Source: Eledone cirrhosa (Eukaryota). From it: a stretch of DNA of 64,000 nt. The DNA lies in assembly GCA_964016885.1 (NCBI GenBank), contig OZ024749.1, forward strand, positions 56,110,001-56,174,000. Direction: 5' to 3'. The position numbers were made by a program, and so were the translations under genes. Of this stretch, positions 1 through 12,570 are shown in pieces. Within the stretch, counting starts at the first letter, position 1; every line of letters begins with the position of its first letter. Below the pieces are notes generated by a model. The model saw nothing but the letters and a program-made list of their open reading frames with translations, made no database searches and was not told the DNA's origin.

Positions 1-230
1 GGGTGGATGGCTGTTGACTTTGAAGTGTTCATCCACTCTTTTAAAGGCTCCTGTTTTTTTTAGGTTCCACTTACCCTCCTCCACCAAACTAGGGTCTGGT
101 GGAGGAGCCGGTTTAGTCGTCGACCACTCGACCATGAAGCAGATTGTACTGGGTTACATGGTACCAGTAGCAGACAGAAGCCACTCAACCATGAATCAAG
201 TTGTATTGGGTCACATGGTACCAGTAGCAG
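1..230 (-). mobile_element. Structured GC-richer fragment, probably the 5' UTR of an RTE-type LINE, with an internal 50-bp duplication
   Basis: Hairpin ctcctccacca/tggtggaggag (76-107). Imperfect direct repeat 124-173 vs 181-230. RTE assignment is from recalled resemblance only. Confidence 0.35.
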
Positions 231-685
231 GTAGATGTATGACCCAATCTGATCTATGAGTAAATTGAAGAAACTTCGAAATGACTATCGAAAGAAGATA
301 TGCATATATTCTTCATAATTGTGGACATGGCTATGTTTTATGTAAGGTATTGCACCCTTCGTCAGTCGGTCTAAAAACAAGAGAATGAGGGTCGTATGTT
401 TGTGTTATAGCAAACATAGGGAGTCGTCATAAATTAATGGAAAAGAATGCTGAAGAGGAAAGGAACTTGAGATTATGGTCACAAATTTCTCGCTTTCTAA
501 ATATAGAAGCCAGCAAAATATTCGGCTTAGCACAGAATAAATGAAAGAGAACTGAATGCCACTTTGCAGTATATACAAGACACACACACACATATATACA
601 AATATATATATACACACACACATATATATATACGCATACACATATATACATATATATAGGCTTCATGTAGTTGTCTTACTATAAG

Positions 686-718
<33 letters not shown>

Positions 719-1230
719 CATATATATATACATATACATATATATGCTTCATGTAGATGTCTTACTATGAGTAAGAGACCCACACATGCACACATTTATA
801 TACTTCATGCAGTTATCTTACTTCATCTAGAAATATCGCAAGGCATTAAGTACGGGAAAGCTCAATTAGAAATTCAAAATAGATTAATTAGAATTATAAT
901 AACTATGACAATTAGAACTGACACACCAAACACATGCACACACATGCACACACACACATAGACACACACACACATACACCCCCCCCCACACACACACATA
1001 TATATTTATACATATGTGTATTTATATATATATGTATATTTATATATATGTGTATTTATATATATGTATATTTATATATATGTGTATTTATATATATGTA
1101 TATTTATATATATGTGTATTTATATATATGTATATTTATATATATGTGTGTGTATTTTAATTTCGAATGTCTCAAAACTTTGTATAACTCAATGACATTT
1201 CATATTAATTATTTCGTCTGTACATCTCCA

Positions 1231-1269
1231 CAAATAAATGTTTCTGCATCATTGTGCATCATCAGTATA
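1231..1269 (-). ncRNA. Degenerate minimal hammerhead ribozyme motif (Penelope-type)
   Basis: Minus strand reads ata-CTGATGA-tgca(caatga)tgca-GAAA-catt-TA-ttt. Core boxes and 4-bp stem II are intact; stems I and III are mismatched. Confidence 0.5.
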
Positions 1270-1304
1270 AAGTAACTGATAGTCAGCTTCTGATGTTATA
1301 GTAT

Positions 1305-1530
1305 CTTCTTCTTCTTCTTCTTCTTCTTCTTCTTCTTCTTCTTCTTCTTCTTCTTCTTCTTCTTCTTCTTCTTCCTTTTCTTCTTCTTCTTTTTCTTCTT
1401 CTTGTTCTTGTTCTTGTTGTTGTTGTTGTTCGCCTTCTTCGCCTTCTTCTTCTTCTTCTTCTTCTTCTTCTTCTTCTTCTTCTTCTTCTTCTTCTTCTTC
1501 TTCTTCTTCTTCTTCTTCTTCTTCTTCTTT
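1305..1530. repeat. (TTC)n microsatellite, expanded tail of the adjacent RTE
   Basis: Pure to interrupted TTC run directly abutting the RTE 3' end. Confidence 0.9.
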
Positions 1531-1875
1531 GTTCCCGATTTATTCCTGGGTAGGTAGTGGGGGCAGAGTCCTCAAATACTTGTTCCAGTGAGTCCTGTCA
1601 AAAGCAACCTTCTACAATATATCCTGCTGGATCTCCAAGCAAGACCCACCGAGCTCATGAATGTTATCCAACCATCTTGCTTGGGTTTTCCCCTGTGGCT
1701 GCTGTCGGTTGATTTTGCTCGTAAAATCTGTCCAATGATTCTTTCCTGAGATATTCTAAGCACATGTCCATAGAATCGGCTGGCTGTGATCTCTCAATTT
1801 AGAGAAGTAGCAGCTCTACCTGGAGTTACTCTCTCATCTCCGAGCTACACACTCTATCGAGTAACGTTTCTCGAA
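1531..1875 (-). mobile_element. RTE-clade LINE 3' fragment (decayed)
   Basis: Minus translation with stops and frameshifts: LLDRVCSSEMRE*LQVELLLL*IERSQ..RFYGHVLRISQERI. This fits the RTE C-terminal pattern, followed by a (GAA)n tail. Three homologous copies lie in the window. Confidence 0.8.
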
Positions 1876-1894
1876 ATGTTATATTTGTCATTCT

Positions 1895-1957
<63 letters not shown>

Positions 1958-2159
1958 AAACAGTGTCAAGAAACAGGGAGATAGTTATACATTTATCTGA
2001 TACGAAACATCATAAAAGTGAAAATGGGAGCAATTATGAGTGAAGTTTCTCACTTTCCAATTAACATAAAACTTTACATCTCAGGACTCTCATTTCCCCC
2101 TCTTGTGGGCAGACATTCTTTCTACAATAAAACTCATACACTTACACAACTTATACATA

Positions 2160-2166
2160 TTTATAG

Positions 2167-2204
<38 letters not shown>

Positions 2205-2268
2205 GCATACTATATATTATGTATATTATATATATTATAAATCTCTCACTCTCTTTCCCCCACTCTCT

Positions 2269-2347
<79 letters not shown>

Positions 2348-2348
2348 A

Positions 2349-2394
<46 letters not shown>

Positions 2395-2444
2395 TATATA
2401 TATATATACCCATATATATATATGTGTGTATATATATATATACC

Positions 2445-2479
<35 letters not shown>

Positions 2480-2549
2480 GTTTATATATATATATACCTA
2501 TATATATATATGTTTATATATATATATATTCATTTATATGTTTATATAT

Positions 2550-2584
<35 letters not shown>

Positions 2585-2601
2585 TTTATATGTTTATATA
2601 T

Positions 2602-2650
<49 letters not shown>

Positions 2651-2657
2651 TATATAT

Positions 2658-2694
<37 letters not shown>

Positions 2695-2756
2695 TATATA
2701 TGTTTATATATATATGTTTATATATATATATATATATATATTTGTTTATATATGTT

Positions 2757-2787
<31 letters not shown>

Positions 2788-2840
2788 TTGTTTATATATA
2801 TATATATATACCTACATATGTATACCTATGTATGTATATA
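2160..2840. repeat. Interrupted (TA)n array
   Basis: TA run with TGTT, TACC and TTC interruptions. Confidence 0.95.
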
Positions 2841-3346
2841 CCGTTGTTGTCAATCCTTTCAAACGCCTGTAAATGTCAGAGATTGCCAGACGAGTGGATG
2901 GTGAATATTCACAGATGTGGCGCCGTCTACAACAGAAAAATAAAGAATATTTCTCTAAAAATCATAAATACATCTTAATTTTAGAATATTTCCGCTTATG
3001 TTATTCTTATTTTTTATTTCCTCTTAACTGTGCATCTTCTTATCATCGTCCTCATCTCTCATCATCATCATCATTTATCATCATCATCATCATCATAAGT
3101 ATCATCATCATAATTATCATCATCATCATCATTGTCGTGATTCTGTTGTTATTGTTTTGAAGAAGAAGAATAAAAATGAGATAAACTCCAAGAAATGCTC
3201 TAAGTTCTGTTGCTGTTAAATTGTTTTAGTTTCATGTAAAAATATATATTTCTTGTATTAATGTCTCTCTAATAATTTATTTCCATGTTTACGTGTTTGT
3301 CTACACTCTCTATGTTACAACAACAATAGCAACATCAACAACATTT

Positions 3347-3490
3347 ATGGTTTCTACTTTAGGCACAAGGCCAGCAATTTTGGTGGGGAGGGAAAATTCG
3401 ATTAAATCTACCTCCGTACATTACTGCTACTTTATTTTATCTACCCCCGTAAGGATGAAAGGCAAAGTTGACCTCGGCGGGATTTGAACT
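3347..3490 (-). mobile_element. tRNA-derived SINE (family A), 5'-truncated
   Basis: Reverse complement of agttcaaatcccgccgagg...ctggccttgtgcctaaagtagaaac, matching other copies. Confidence 0.85.
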
Positions 3491-4009
3491 TTTGTTTTCT
3501 AAATGTTAAATTTCTTATTGATGTTGTTGTTGGTTGTATTGGTGATTTTGGTGATTGTTGTTGTTGTTGGTGGTGGTGGTGGTCTTCTTCTTCTCCTTCT
3601 CCCCCTCCTCCTTCCTCTTCGTCTTCTCCTGTTTCACGACCAACATCAATTCCCCCTCTCCCTTTATTCTTCCCAGGGTTACAACTAACATTAAGAAGGT
3701 ATTACATTATCCAGAATGTCTGTTTCCTCATTTCAGATTCATTAAATAGATTCTTTCATCTGCTATATTTAGCAGATCAAGCACAGTGATTTTATTATTG
3801 TTCTCGATATTGCTGAAGCTGTCACTACTGTTGTTGTTGTTGACACTCAAGCATCGTCTCCATTCTCAGCATATCTCTACCATGTCACTTCTTTCCTCTC
3901 TTCTCAATATTTTGTTTATGTTTTTGTGACATTAGTTAACATTTTTATTTTCACCAGTAACAGAATATTCTAGTTTCACTGAGGAAGCCGGTGGTTACAG
4001 ATGTTGCTT

Positions 4010-4545
4010 TCACAGCACCTTCACAACCACCACCACTACTGCCACCACCACCACCACCTTCACAACCACCGCCACTACTGCCACAGGCCACTACTACTAC
4101 TACTGCCACCACCACTATCACTATTGCTACCACCACCACCACCACCTTCACAAACACCACCGCTACTTCCACCGTCACTATTACTACTACCACCACCACC
4201 GCCACCATCACCACTGCCACGGCCACTACCATTACTGCCACCACCACAATTACAACTGCCACCACCACCATTACAACTGCCACGGCCACTACCATTACTG
4301 CCACCACCACCATCACCACTGCCACTACCACTACTGCCACCACCACCACCACAACCACAACTGCCACCGCCACTACCACTACTGCCACCACCACTACAAC
4401 CGCCACTACTACTACTACAGCCACCACCACCACCACCACAACCATCACCACTGCCACGGCCGCCATGACCACCACTACTGCCACTACTGCCACCACTACT
4501 GTCACCACAACCACTACTGCCCCCCCCCCCACAACCACCACCTCC
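4010..4545. repeat. Degenerate (ACC/ACT)n low-complexity tract
   Basis: Trinucleotide repeat that gives the poly-Thr, poly-Val and poly-Gly pseudo-ORFs. Confidence 0.9.
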
Positions 4546-4637
4546 TGCTTTACCTGTCAACAAAGTTGTTGACATGGCCAGGAAATGTGTCAGCCTGCCA
4601 AGACACATCTGTCCGCATGTCTGCCTGTTTGGTTGCA

Positions 4638-4838
4638 TCTATCAACCCATCTATCTACCTGTATATCTCATCTATCTATCTATCTATCTATCTCATCTTC
4701 ATAGATAGATAGATAGATAGATTTCTTTATTTGCCACAAGGGCGCACCAGAAAAGGGGACAATACAAAGACACATGCCGGGGATTTTATCTATCTATCTA
4801 TCTTATCTATCTATCTCATCTATCTATCTATCTACCTC

Positions 4839-4895
<57 letters not shown>

Positions 4896-4953
4896 CCTCA
4901 TCTATCTATCTATCTATCTATATATCTACCTCATCTATCTATATATCTACCTC

Positions 4954-5030
<77 letters not shown>

Positions 5031-5032
5031 CC

Positions 5033-5067
<35 letters not shown>

Positions 5068-5112
5068 CCTATCTACCTATATATCTACCTCATCTATCTA
5101 TATATCTACCTC

Positions 5113-5146
<34 letters not shown>

Positions 5147-5215
5147 ATATCTACCTCATCTATCTATATATCTACCTCATCTATCTATATATCTACCTTA
5201 TCTATCTATCTATCT
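4638..5215. repeat. (TCTA)n array with a short inverted (GATA)n block and an insert
   Basis: TCTA tetramers; GATA block at 4701-4720; unique insert at 4721-4785. Confidence 0.9.
4721..4785 (-). mobile_element. Extreme 3' tail of a Tx1-related LINE or SINE
   Basis: 4744-4762 matches 43621-43639 (Tx1 3' UTR end) at 16/19. The minus strand ends in AATAAAgaaat followed by (CTAT)n. Confidence 0.45.
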
Positions 5216-5275
5216 CGTGTGTGTCTGGAAGCCTGGGTTTTTTGGCCATGACTTTCTGTCTGGTGTCATTGACTA

Positions 5276-5385
5276 GTGGGAAGCAGGAAGTTACCCTGGC
5301 TACAAGAGGACATCAAATGTGTAGGCTATAGAATTAACACAGACGACAGATTACATAAACCACTCAAGTGGTATCCAAGGAATAC
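5276..5385 (+). mobile_element. Possible decayed RTE-like C-terminal fragment
   Basis: Translation KCVGYRINTDDRLHKPLKWYPR resembles the RTE W.GH..R..D.R....L.W.PR motif. Confidence 0.3.
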
Positions 5386-6312
5386 ATGTATATGTGCTTC
5401 ATTGAAGTTTCTACATGTCTGTGGAATGCTCTGCCACTTGTATATTAATGTCACTAGGAGGGTGTACTGTTGTTCAAAGAACTGTAACACTCGTCACCAG
5501 ATCCGGTAGAAGTTAACCCTCGCCCTACAATCCCCCCCCCCCAAACACACACACACGAGCGGCGGAAACGGAAGTAGGTCTAGCCGTTTATCTACGTTTA
5601 TTAGTTTAACAATGTCCTTGGAGCTGGTTTCAAGAACGTTTTACGCTTTTTTTAAACTAAAGCTAAAATTATCAAACTTTTCAGCATAAAATGTTTGCAA
5701 TTTTTTGCTCCTGTCATCCTATAGGATTCTTTTTTTTCTTCTGCGTGGTGGATACTATGCCAAATTTGTGGAATTTTAATGCATTTGTCTATTCACACAA
5801 ACTGTATTCTTATACACAGCAAAGCGAAAGACGGGAAAAAAATCAAGAAAATAGAACGCTGAAGTATCAAATACATAAATAAAGAAAAATAAAAAGAAAG
5901 CGATAAAGAAAGAAAGAAATGAGGATTGTATTTACAATGTATTTACAATGAAGAAATATGTTTAAAACTTTAGTTGTAGGATTTAGTGAATAATCTTGTC
6001 TAAACGGTGGGTGATTGGAACCGTGGTTTACTTTCGCTGTTTTTCAAGTTCTAACAACAGGGTTTCAATATTCTGTTGGAATAATATGATTTCTCACAGA
6101 TGGATAATGTTGACGTAGAAAAACTTAAATGGTTTCATGTTTAAAGCTATTTCTCTTTCAAAACAACCTGGTGAGATAATTAGTGTGTCACGGTGATACT
6201 GTTATACTCCATTACTAAAACTTTAGGTGAAAATGCATTCATAGTTCGATAAACAATTTCGGCTATAAGAATTTCTTTGTGTATCGTATCTATATGTATG
6301 TATGTATGTATG

Positions 6313-6349
<37 letters not shown>

Positions 6350-7037
6350 TTTAAAGTAAACAGAGAACAAAAACAGAAAAACGAAGAGGAAGTACAAATG
6401 TTATTATTATTAGTTTTATATATATATGATGTGTGTGTGTGCGTGCATATATATATGTATGTGCGTGTATATAGGTATGTATATGTATATAGATATAGAG
6501 GTATATGTATATATAAATGTATACATACACAGCTCTCTCTCTATATATACATATATACATACCTATACACAACTAAAATGCTGATAACTGTGGATACATA
6601 TACACATAGATATATACATATATCTCTAACTAAACACACGTAGTCAATTGGCTCAAATCTCGCTGTGATCTATAGAAGGGTGTTTAAGTTTATGAGCATG
6701 ACATGTGTGTTTGAAGTATTAGAGTTAAGACTTGAGCTGCCTTTGCATAAAATTGTTCAGCCTATCAGCTTTCCTACCGTAGATTGATTGAAGAGACAAA
6801 TAATCCCCCACGCCATAAACATCTCGTTGCTTGGAATAGAGGTGAATCGAATCGGCTTATATTTCTTTCAATTACAATTCCAACTGGAAAAAGACGGGAT
6901 TTTTAAACTTGAGCTTCGAGGTGAGAGATGAGGAGAGATATGTTATGTTACTTTATATATAAACTCGGCAACATCACATGTATTAATTAAAATATCGAGT
7001 ATCTCTTGATATTATTGGAATCGGCATGTTATATTTG

Positions 7038-7070
<33 letters not shown>

Positions 7071-7189
7071 ACACAAACACATGAATACATACATATATAT
7101 ATATATGTGTGTATGTGTGTGGACTTGTGTAGAACTGTCTACCCAGAGAGATGACGCAAATCTAAATATCTCACACGTTATTACTTTTA

Positions 7190-7332
<143 letters not shown>

Positions 7333-7618
7333 ATGTATGCATATTATCTAATCGCTGGGGAATGTGATAATCCCCAAAGTAGAAAATAAATGTAATAACA
7401 GTAAATTGCTGTAGATAATACCTGAGAAATCGGGCAAGTTACCCTTATAGACGGAAAAATATAAATAGAGATGGACTAGGAGGAATCGAACTCTGTACGA
7501 GTGCGTTACCTTTACACAATTTGGCGAGCTACACATTTCCCCTACTTACCTGACAGGTGTTGCAACCGGTAGATAGTTTCAGCAATGGAAAGAGCAATAG
7601 AAACATTGTTTCCTTGGT

Positions 7619-7676
7619 CCGATCTGACGAGGGTCAACCCCATTCGGTATGCGAATGGGGTCTGCAATATTGTCGG
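7619..7676 (+). ncRNA. Hammerhead-like motif with a GAAA to GCAA core change
   Basis: ccgat-CTGACGA-gg(gtca)accccattcg/cgaatggggt-ct-GCAA-ta-TT-gtcgg. Stem I is 5 bp, stem II 10 bp, and stem III is the palindrome AATATT. Confidence 0.55.
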
Positions 7677-9131
7677 TTGACTCCCTTATTTTACGATGCT
7701 ATACTTTATAGCCGGTGTTCAGAATAGTAGATTAGTGAAGGTTTAGCTTCAATTGTCCATAAGTACACAATTCTATAATTGGAGTTCTACCCAGGATATC
7801 AACAATTTCTCCTTTTCGTTGGTAGGCCTTTGTCACATCTTTGTGGTTATTGTCTCCTGCAATATGACCGAATATTTTACTGCGTCGAAATACTTTTGTT
7901 GCTCTTTAATAATAAAGGGTATCACTGAATGAGACAACTTTAAATCATTTGGATTCACTTATTTTACCTCACCCTGATTCAAATATTTTCTCATATTTAT
8001 TTCTCCTTCCAATTTAACCGACTTCCTCTATGTCTTGTGTGGGTATGTTCGAACATGGAAAAAAATATTCCTTTGCATAACACTTTTTATATACCATGTA
8101 TAAATCCAATCCTCATCTGAATATACACACTTATAACTACCCCAAAATTAGATAAATTCAGCTGGTTTCACTACTGACCCTAAACACTCCCAAACTCTCC
8201 CTTATATCCATACCTAAACCAGCCCAATAAACTATACATTCTCCCATTAACAGAATTAAAACTACAATACAAACAGACAGGTATCTCTTTAGCTACCACA
8301 CTACCCTACTTTGCTAAACAATATTACGAGGGCTGGGACATGTTCTTGTCCAAACAACATTTCACATAAACCCACACAGAATATATTACCTATGAAAATA
8401 CAACTCGTGAATCGAACCCCGGCCTCCTACACCATCATAGTCATCTGCTGCCCTCAGTATATTCTATCCATTATAAATACAACGTAAGTTTTTGTCCATA
8501 GGCTCATAAAGACGCCCGTATGAAACTTGGTCACATAAAGCTTAATGTAGAATTGTATTGATTATTTCTGGCCTTCTCATTGGTAGTGTGTATATATATA
8601 TATATATTAATTGTGTATACATGCACATATATATATATATATACCAGACAGACATATATAAAATATATACGTGCATACGTACCTCACACATGTAAATGTT
8701 TGTGATTAGTAGACATACTAACTGGTGTATGTTATATGTAGTTAGCTAGTTTTCTAGGCAGGATTCTGGGAAGAGAGGCATGCTGACAGTATGATCTTGA
8801 CAGTTTTGCCAGAAGATTTATTCCCGACCTCCTCATTGGTTCTGCTTGTTTTCTTAACATGATTCTGTTACTTGGCAATTGCCATTGATAGTATGACATA
8901 ACACATTTGCAATGTCAAGTATCATATATATGAGATGGTGAATATATGTGTATATAACCATGGTGTATATATGTGTATATAACCATGGTGTATATATGAG
9001 TATTGGCCTTTCATGACTTTCTCTCTGTCATGACTGTCTTTATATGAACGTATTGTTGGATTGCTTGCGGATATATATATATATATATGTGTGTGTATAT
9101 ATATATATGTGTGTGTATATATATATATATA

Positions 9132-9172
<41 letters not shown>

Positions 9173-9613
9173 ATGATGTCTGTCCATAACTGTATAAGAA
9201 ATATGGCTCTATGTGCACTAATATGTATATATTTGCATTTGTCATTGTGTGTGTATATAGGAATGTATGTTGTATGTGTGTGTATATGTAGATATTTACG
9301 AGCATAATTGCTATGTGTTTGCACATTTATAAACGAAAGTAACTCAGCTAACAGATTCGCGGCTTCACATACACACACATGTGTATATAAATGTCTACAT
9401 AGATACACACGCACACATATGTGAGCGCACTTAAACACACAACACACGTTTGTGTTCTATAACACTATGTATATACACCAATATATAAATTAGTAATTCT
9501 CCATGTATATATACTATATATATATTATATTATATTGTTATAAATCATATCTGATGTGTATGTATGTATTGGATATACAAATAGATCTCTTTTGTTCGCC
9601 CATCTCTCTCCCC

Positions 9614-9785
<172 letters not shown>

Positions 9786-9961
9786 ATATATATATATAAT
9801 ATATATATAGACATGATCTGCCATATGTATATACAGATTTTCAATGTCTTGGAAACTCGTCATCATTGAAGCCCTCTCATATTTACTTTTCTTTTTCTAT
9901 ATTTTATCTTTAAGATTTGTCCTCTAATTTCGTCTGTAATCTATTCAATGTCGGCTTAAGT

Positions 9962-10060
9962 AATTAGAAATAACAGCCACATCTCCCTGAAATTACATCT
10001 TACTGTTTATAGAAAGGAAGGACACTTTAGGAAATGTAGTTCTAGATATTATGAATGCAA
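9962..10060 (-). repeat. Dispersed repeat family B (core tttggctgctatttctagca)
   Basis: Core also present at about 18817, 36661 (reverse complement), 45447, 56778 and 56950. Confidence 0.6.
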
Positions 10061-10970
10061 ATATATATTTTAACTTTAAGATTTGTCCTGCAATTCCTTC
10101 TGCTATCTCTTCAATGACCTCTGAAGAAAATCTGAGGCAACTCTGAAACAACAACTCTGAAGCAACTTGAAGCAACAGTCGCATCTACCTATCTTCCTTT
10201 TCTTCTTTTGTCTTCTCTTATTTCTTTTCTTCTTTTTTCTTTTTTTCTTTTCTTCTATTTTCCTTTTTTTTCGTCTTTTTTTCGCCTGTAAAATTAAGGT
10301 AAGTTTCAGGCCTGAATTACCCGAAGTAGTGTGAAATATGTGTCCTCTTCATAGTCGTGGTCATCACTATCTAATGTACATTACCGTTATGATGTAACCC
10401 TCAGGGTGTAACCCGAGGGAGATATACCTGATAACTCTAGAATTCTAGTCGGTTCAACAACCACGTAAACTCTTGGTTTTTAATAGAAATGTATGTTGTT
10501 ATTGCATGTGAGGATGTTCTGCCATTCAAACTTATTTTGTTTCAGAGCCAAATTAGAAATGTTATCATTGGATATCAATATTATTAGATTTATTGATACA
10601 TTAAGAAACAATTAATTCTGGGAAGATATGCGCCCCCAGTATTTGTGTTTCTATATATTAATTGTGTCACAGCATAGTAAAACGGATTGTCAGCGTTGTA
10701 TTGATACAGTGTGTGATATCTGCATAGGTTATCAGATAGAATTATCAGTATGATGATATCAAGCTAAGATGTGTATGTAATTTAATGGAGAAGACAATAA
10801 AATTTGGAGCTGCCAAAATCAATTTATCTGCTGATGAAAAGAACTTGATCTAATATATACAATGTCTGCGTACTGAATTTAGTGTTTAGAATATTACACT
10901 GTACTCATTTCAGAGATAAAAATATAGAGAAGAGTGCAATGGATTGTTGTTTTTTGTTAGGCCTCAAGAA

Positions 10971-11140
10971 GGGCGCTGAATTGACAAAATTGGTAGAGCG
11001 ACGGACAACATGCTTTGTGGCATATAATTACAGCTTTTTACGTTCGTAGTTCAAATCCCGCAAAGGTTAGCTTTGTCTTTCATTCTTAGATTCGATAAAG
11101 TTAAAGTAAATCAATTACATCGATACTTGATACTTAATTA
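10971..11140 (+). mobile_element. tRNA-derived SINE (family A), diverged
   Basis: A-box-like head and gttcaaatccc B-box, followed by ctttgtctttcatt and cgataaa. Confidence 0.75.
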
Positions 11141-11214
11141 GATCGTTAATTTATCAAATTCTGAACGATGAAAGGTAAGACACTATAGATGTTGGTGAGA
11201 TTTTAACTAACAAT

Positions 11215-11480
11215 GAATCATGGGGTTTGAATATCTCGGGAAAGAATCGCTGGACATATTTTACTGGCAAACCCAACCGGCAGGAGACCCAGGGGTATTA
11301 CCCGAGCAAGATGCTTGGATAACATCAATGAACTCGGATGGTCTCACCTGAGGATCCAGCCGGGTCAATTAGAGAGACGGTTGCTTCTGACAGGACCCGC
11401 TGGAAGAAGTGTAAGGACTTTACCCCTTACGACCCTTCCAGGAATAACTGGAAGGGTCGTAAGTAAGAAGAAGAAAAAGT
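11215..11480 (+). mobile_element. RTE-clade LINE 3' fragment
   Basis: RISRERIAGHILLANPTGRRPRGITRARCLDNI...ASDRTRW, followed by a (GAA) tail. Confidence 0.8.
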
Positions 11481-12147
11481 ATGAAACAAAGACTTAATCA
11501 AATAACACAAAGTTTTTTGTCCGACGCTCTACCAATTTTGTTACACACTGTCACCATACATAACCCTAGATATATTTGCATGTTTATTACATACACTGAC
11601 ACACTCACTCACACACACACACACACACACACACTGACACACCCGCTTATATCTTTATATATTCATACATCTGAGAATGAGAGAGATTCTGCCACTATGA
11701 TAGTAATTATTACTGTTACTGTCATAAGATATTTAAGATGAATTGACAGGGTCGTTAGAACAGAGAATAAACTAGGCTGTGATGTACACACAGATTCTCC
11801 CACCCCCTCTCTCTTCCCTCTCTCTCCCCTCTCTCTCTCTGGGTAATAAATCTCGTTGGTTTTAATTTGGCATTTTATCGATATGCAACACCAGGTTTAT
11901 TGAAATGGTCGCTTTTACTTAAAAGACTAAGAAGATTCCTTTTCTCTCATCTCCCTGATTTCTAATTACTTCCAGTTTAGTCTATTATTGCCATATTTCT
12001 TCATTATCAGAATACATACTCATGTCATACACACACACACATACACACACACACACATATATATATATATAATTGGTGTTGGATGCTTAAAGCGTCCGTA
12101 TGCGGTAGGACGTATGAGCACTCGATGCCCTCATAGAGCAGAGTATG

Positions 12148-12360
12148 ATATCACAGAAAAAAGAGAATCAGTGTTGCGACGAAAGGAATTTATTGGACAT
12201 ATTACAATTGTTTCTCGGGCGTATCCGAGGACCGCGCGATTTCAGAGTCAGGTTTGATCACCACATCGATCGTGCCTCGAGCTGGTCGCCCGAGAAACAA
12301 TTGTAATATGTCCAATAAATTCCTTTCGTCGCAACACTGATTCTCTTTTTTCTGTGATAT
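12148..12360. repeat. Perfect 74-bp inverted repeat with a 65-bp spacer (MITE-like or inverted Penelope ends)
   Basis: 12148-12221 is the exact reverse complement of 12287-12360. Confidence 0.9.
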
Positions 12361-12423
12361 ATATATATATATATGTTTATATATGCATGTATACATTTGT
12401 GTGTATATATATGTGTACCCATG

Positions 12424-12518
12424 GAGGTTAAATTTGTCTTTCATCCTTACGGGGTCGATAAAATGAAATACCAGTAATACACTGGGATAATTGGTGGCCT
12501 TGTGCCAAAAGTAGAAAC

Positions 12519-12522
<4 letters not shown>
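12424..12522 (+). mobile_element. SINE family A, 3' half
   Basis: ttcatccttacggggtcgataaaat...ggccttgtgccaaaagtagaaac. Confidence 0.85.

Positions 12523-12570
<48 letters not shown>

Noticed and set aside
330-510. CTGACGA (minus, about 359-365) and CTGAAGA-gaaag..ctttc-TAAA (plus, about 450-501)
   Set aside because: GAAA box absent and no stem-I pairing.
3951-4638. Mucin-like Thr-rich and Gly-rich ORFs (also 15275-16070, 22852-23176, 37077-37469)
   Set aside because: Open in several frames on both strands; degenerate trinucleotide repeats with no signal peptide, domain or splice support.
7543-7552. TACTTACCTG as the U1 snRNA 5' end
   Set aside because: The downstream sequence does not follow U1; it is better read as a minus-strand splice donor.
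10118-10356. Two hammerhead-like traces (CTGAAGA at 10121 +; ATGAAGA-gg..cct-GAAA at 10304-10352 -)
   Set aside because: Core or stems are broken and there is no stem I. They may be old Penelope remnants but are not supportable.
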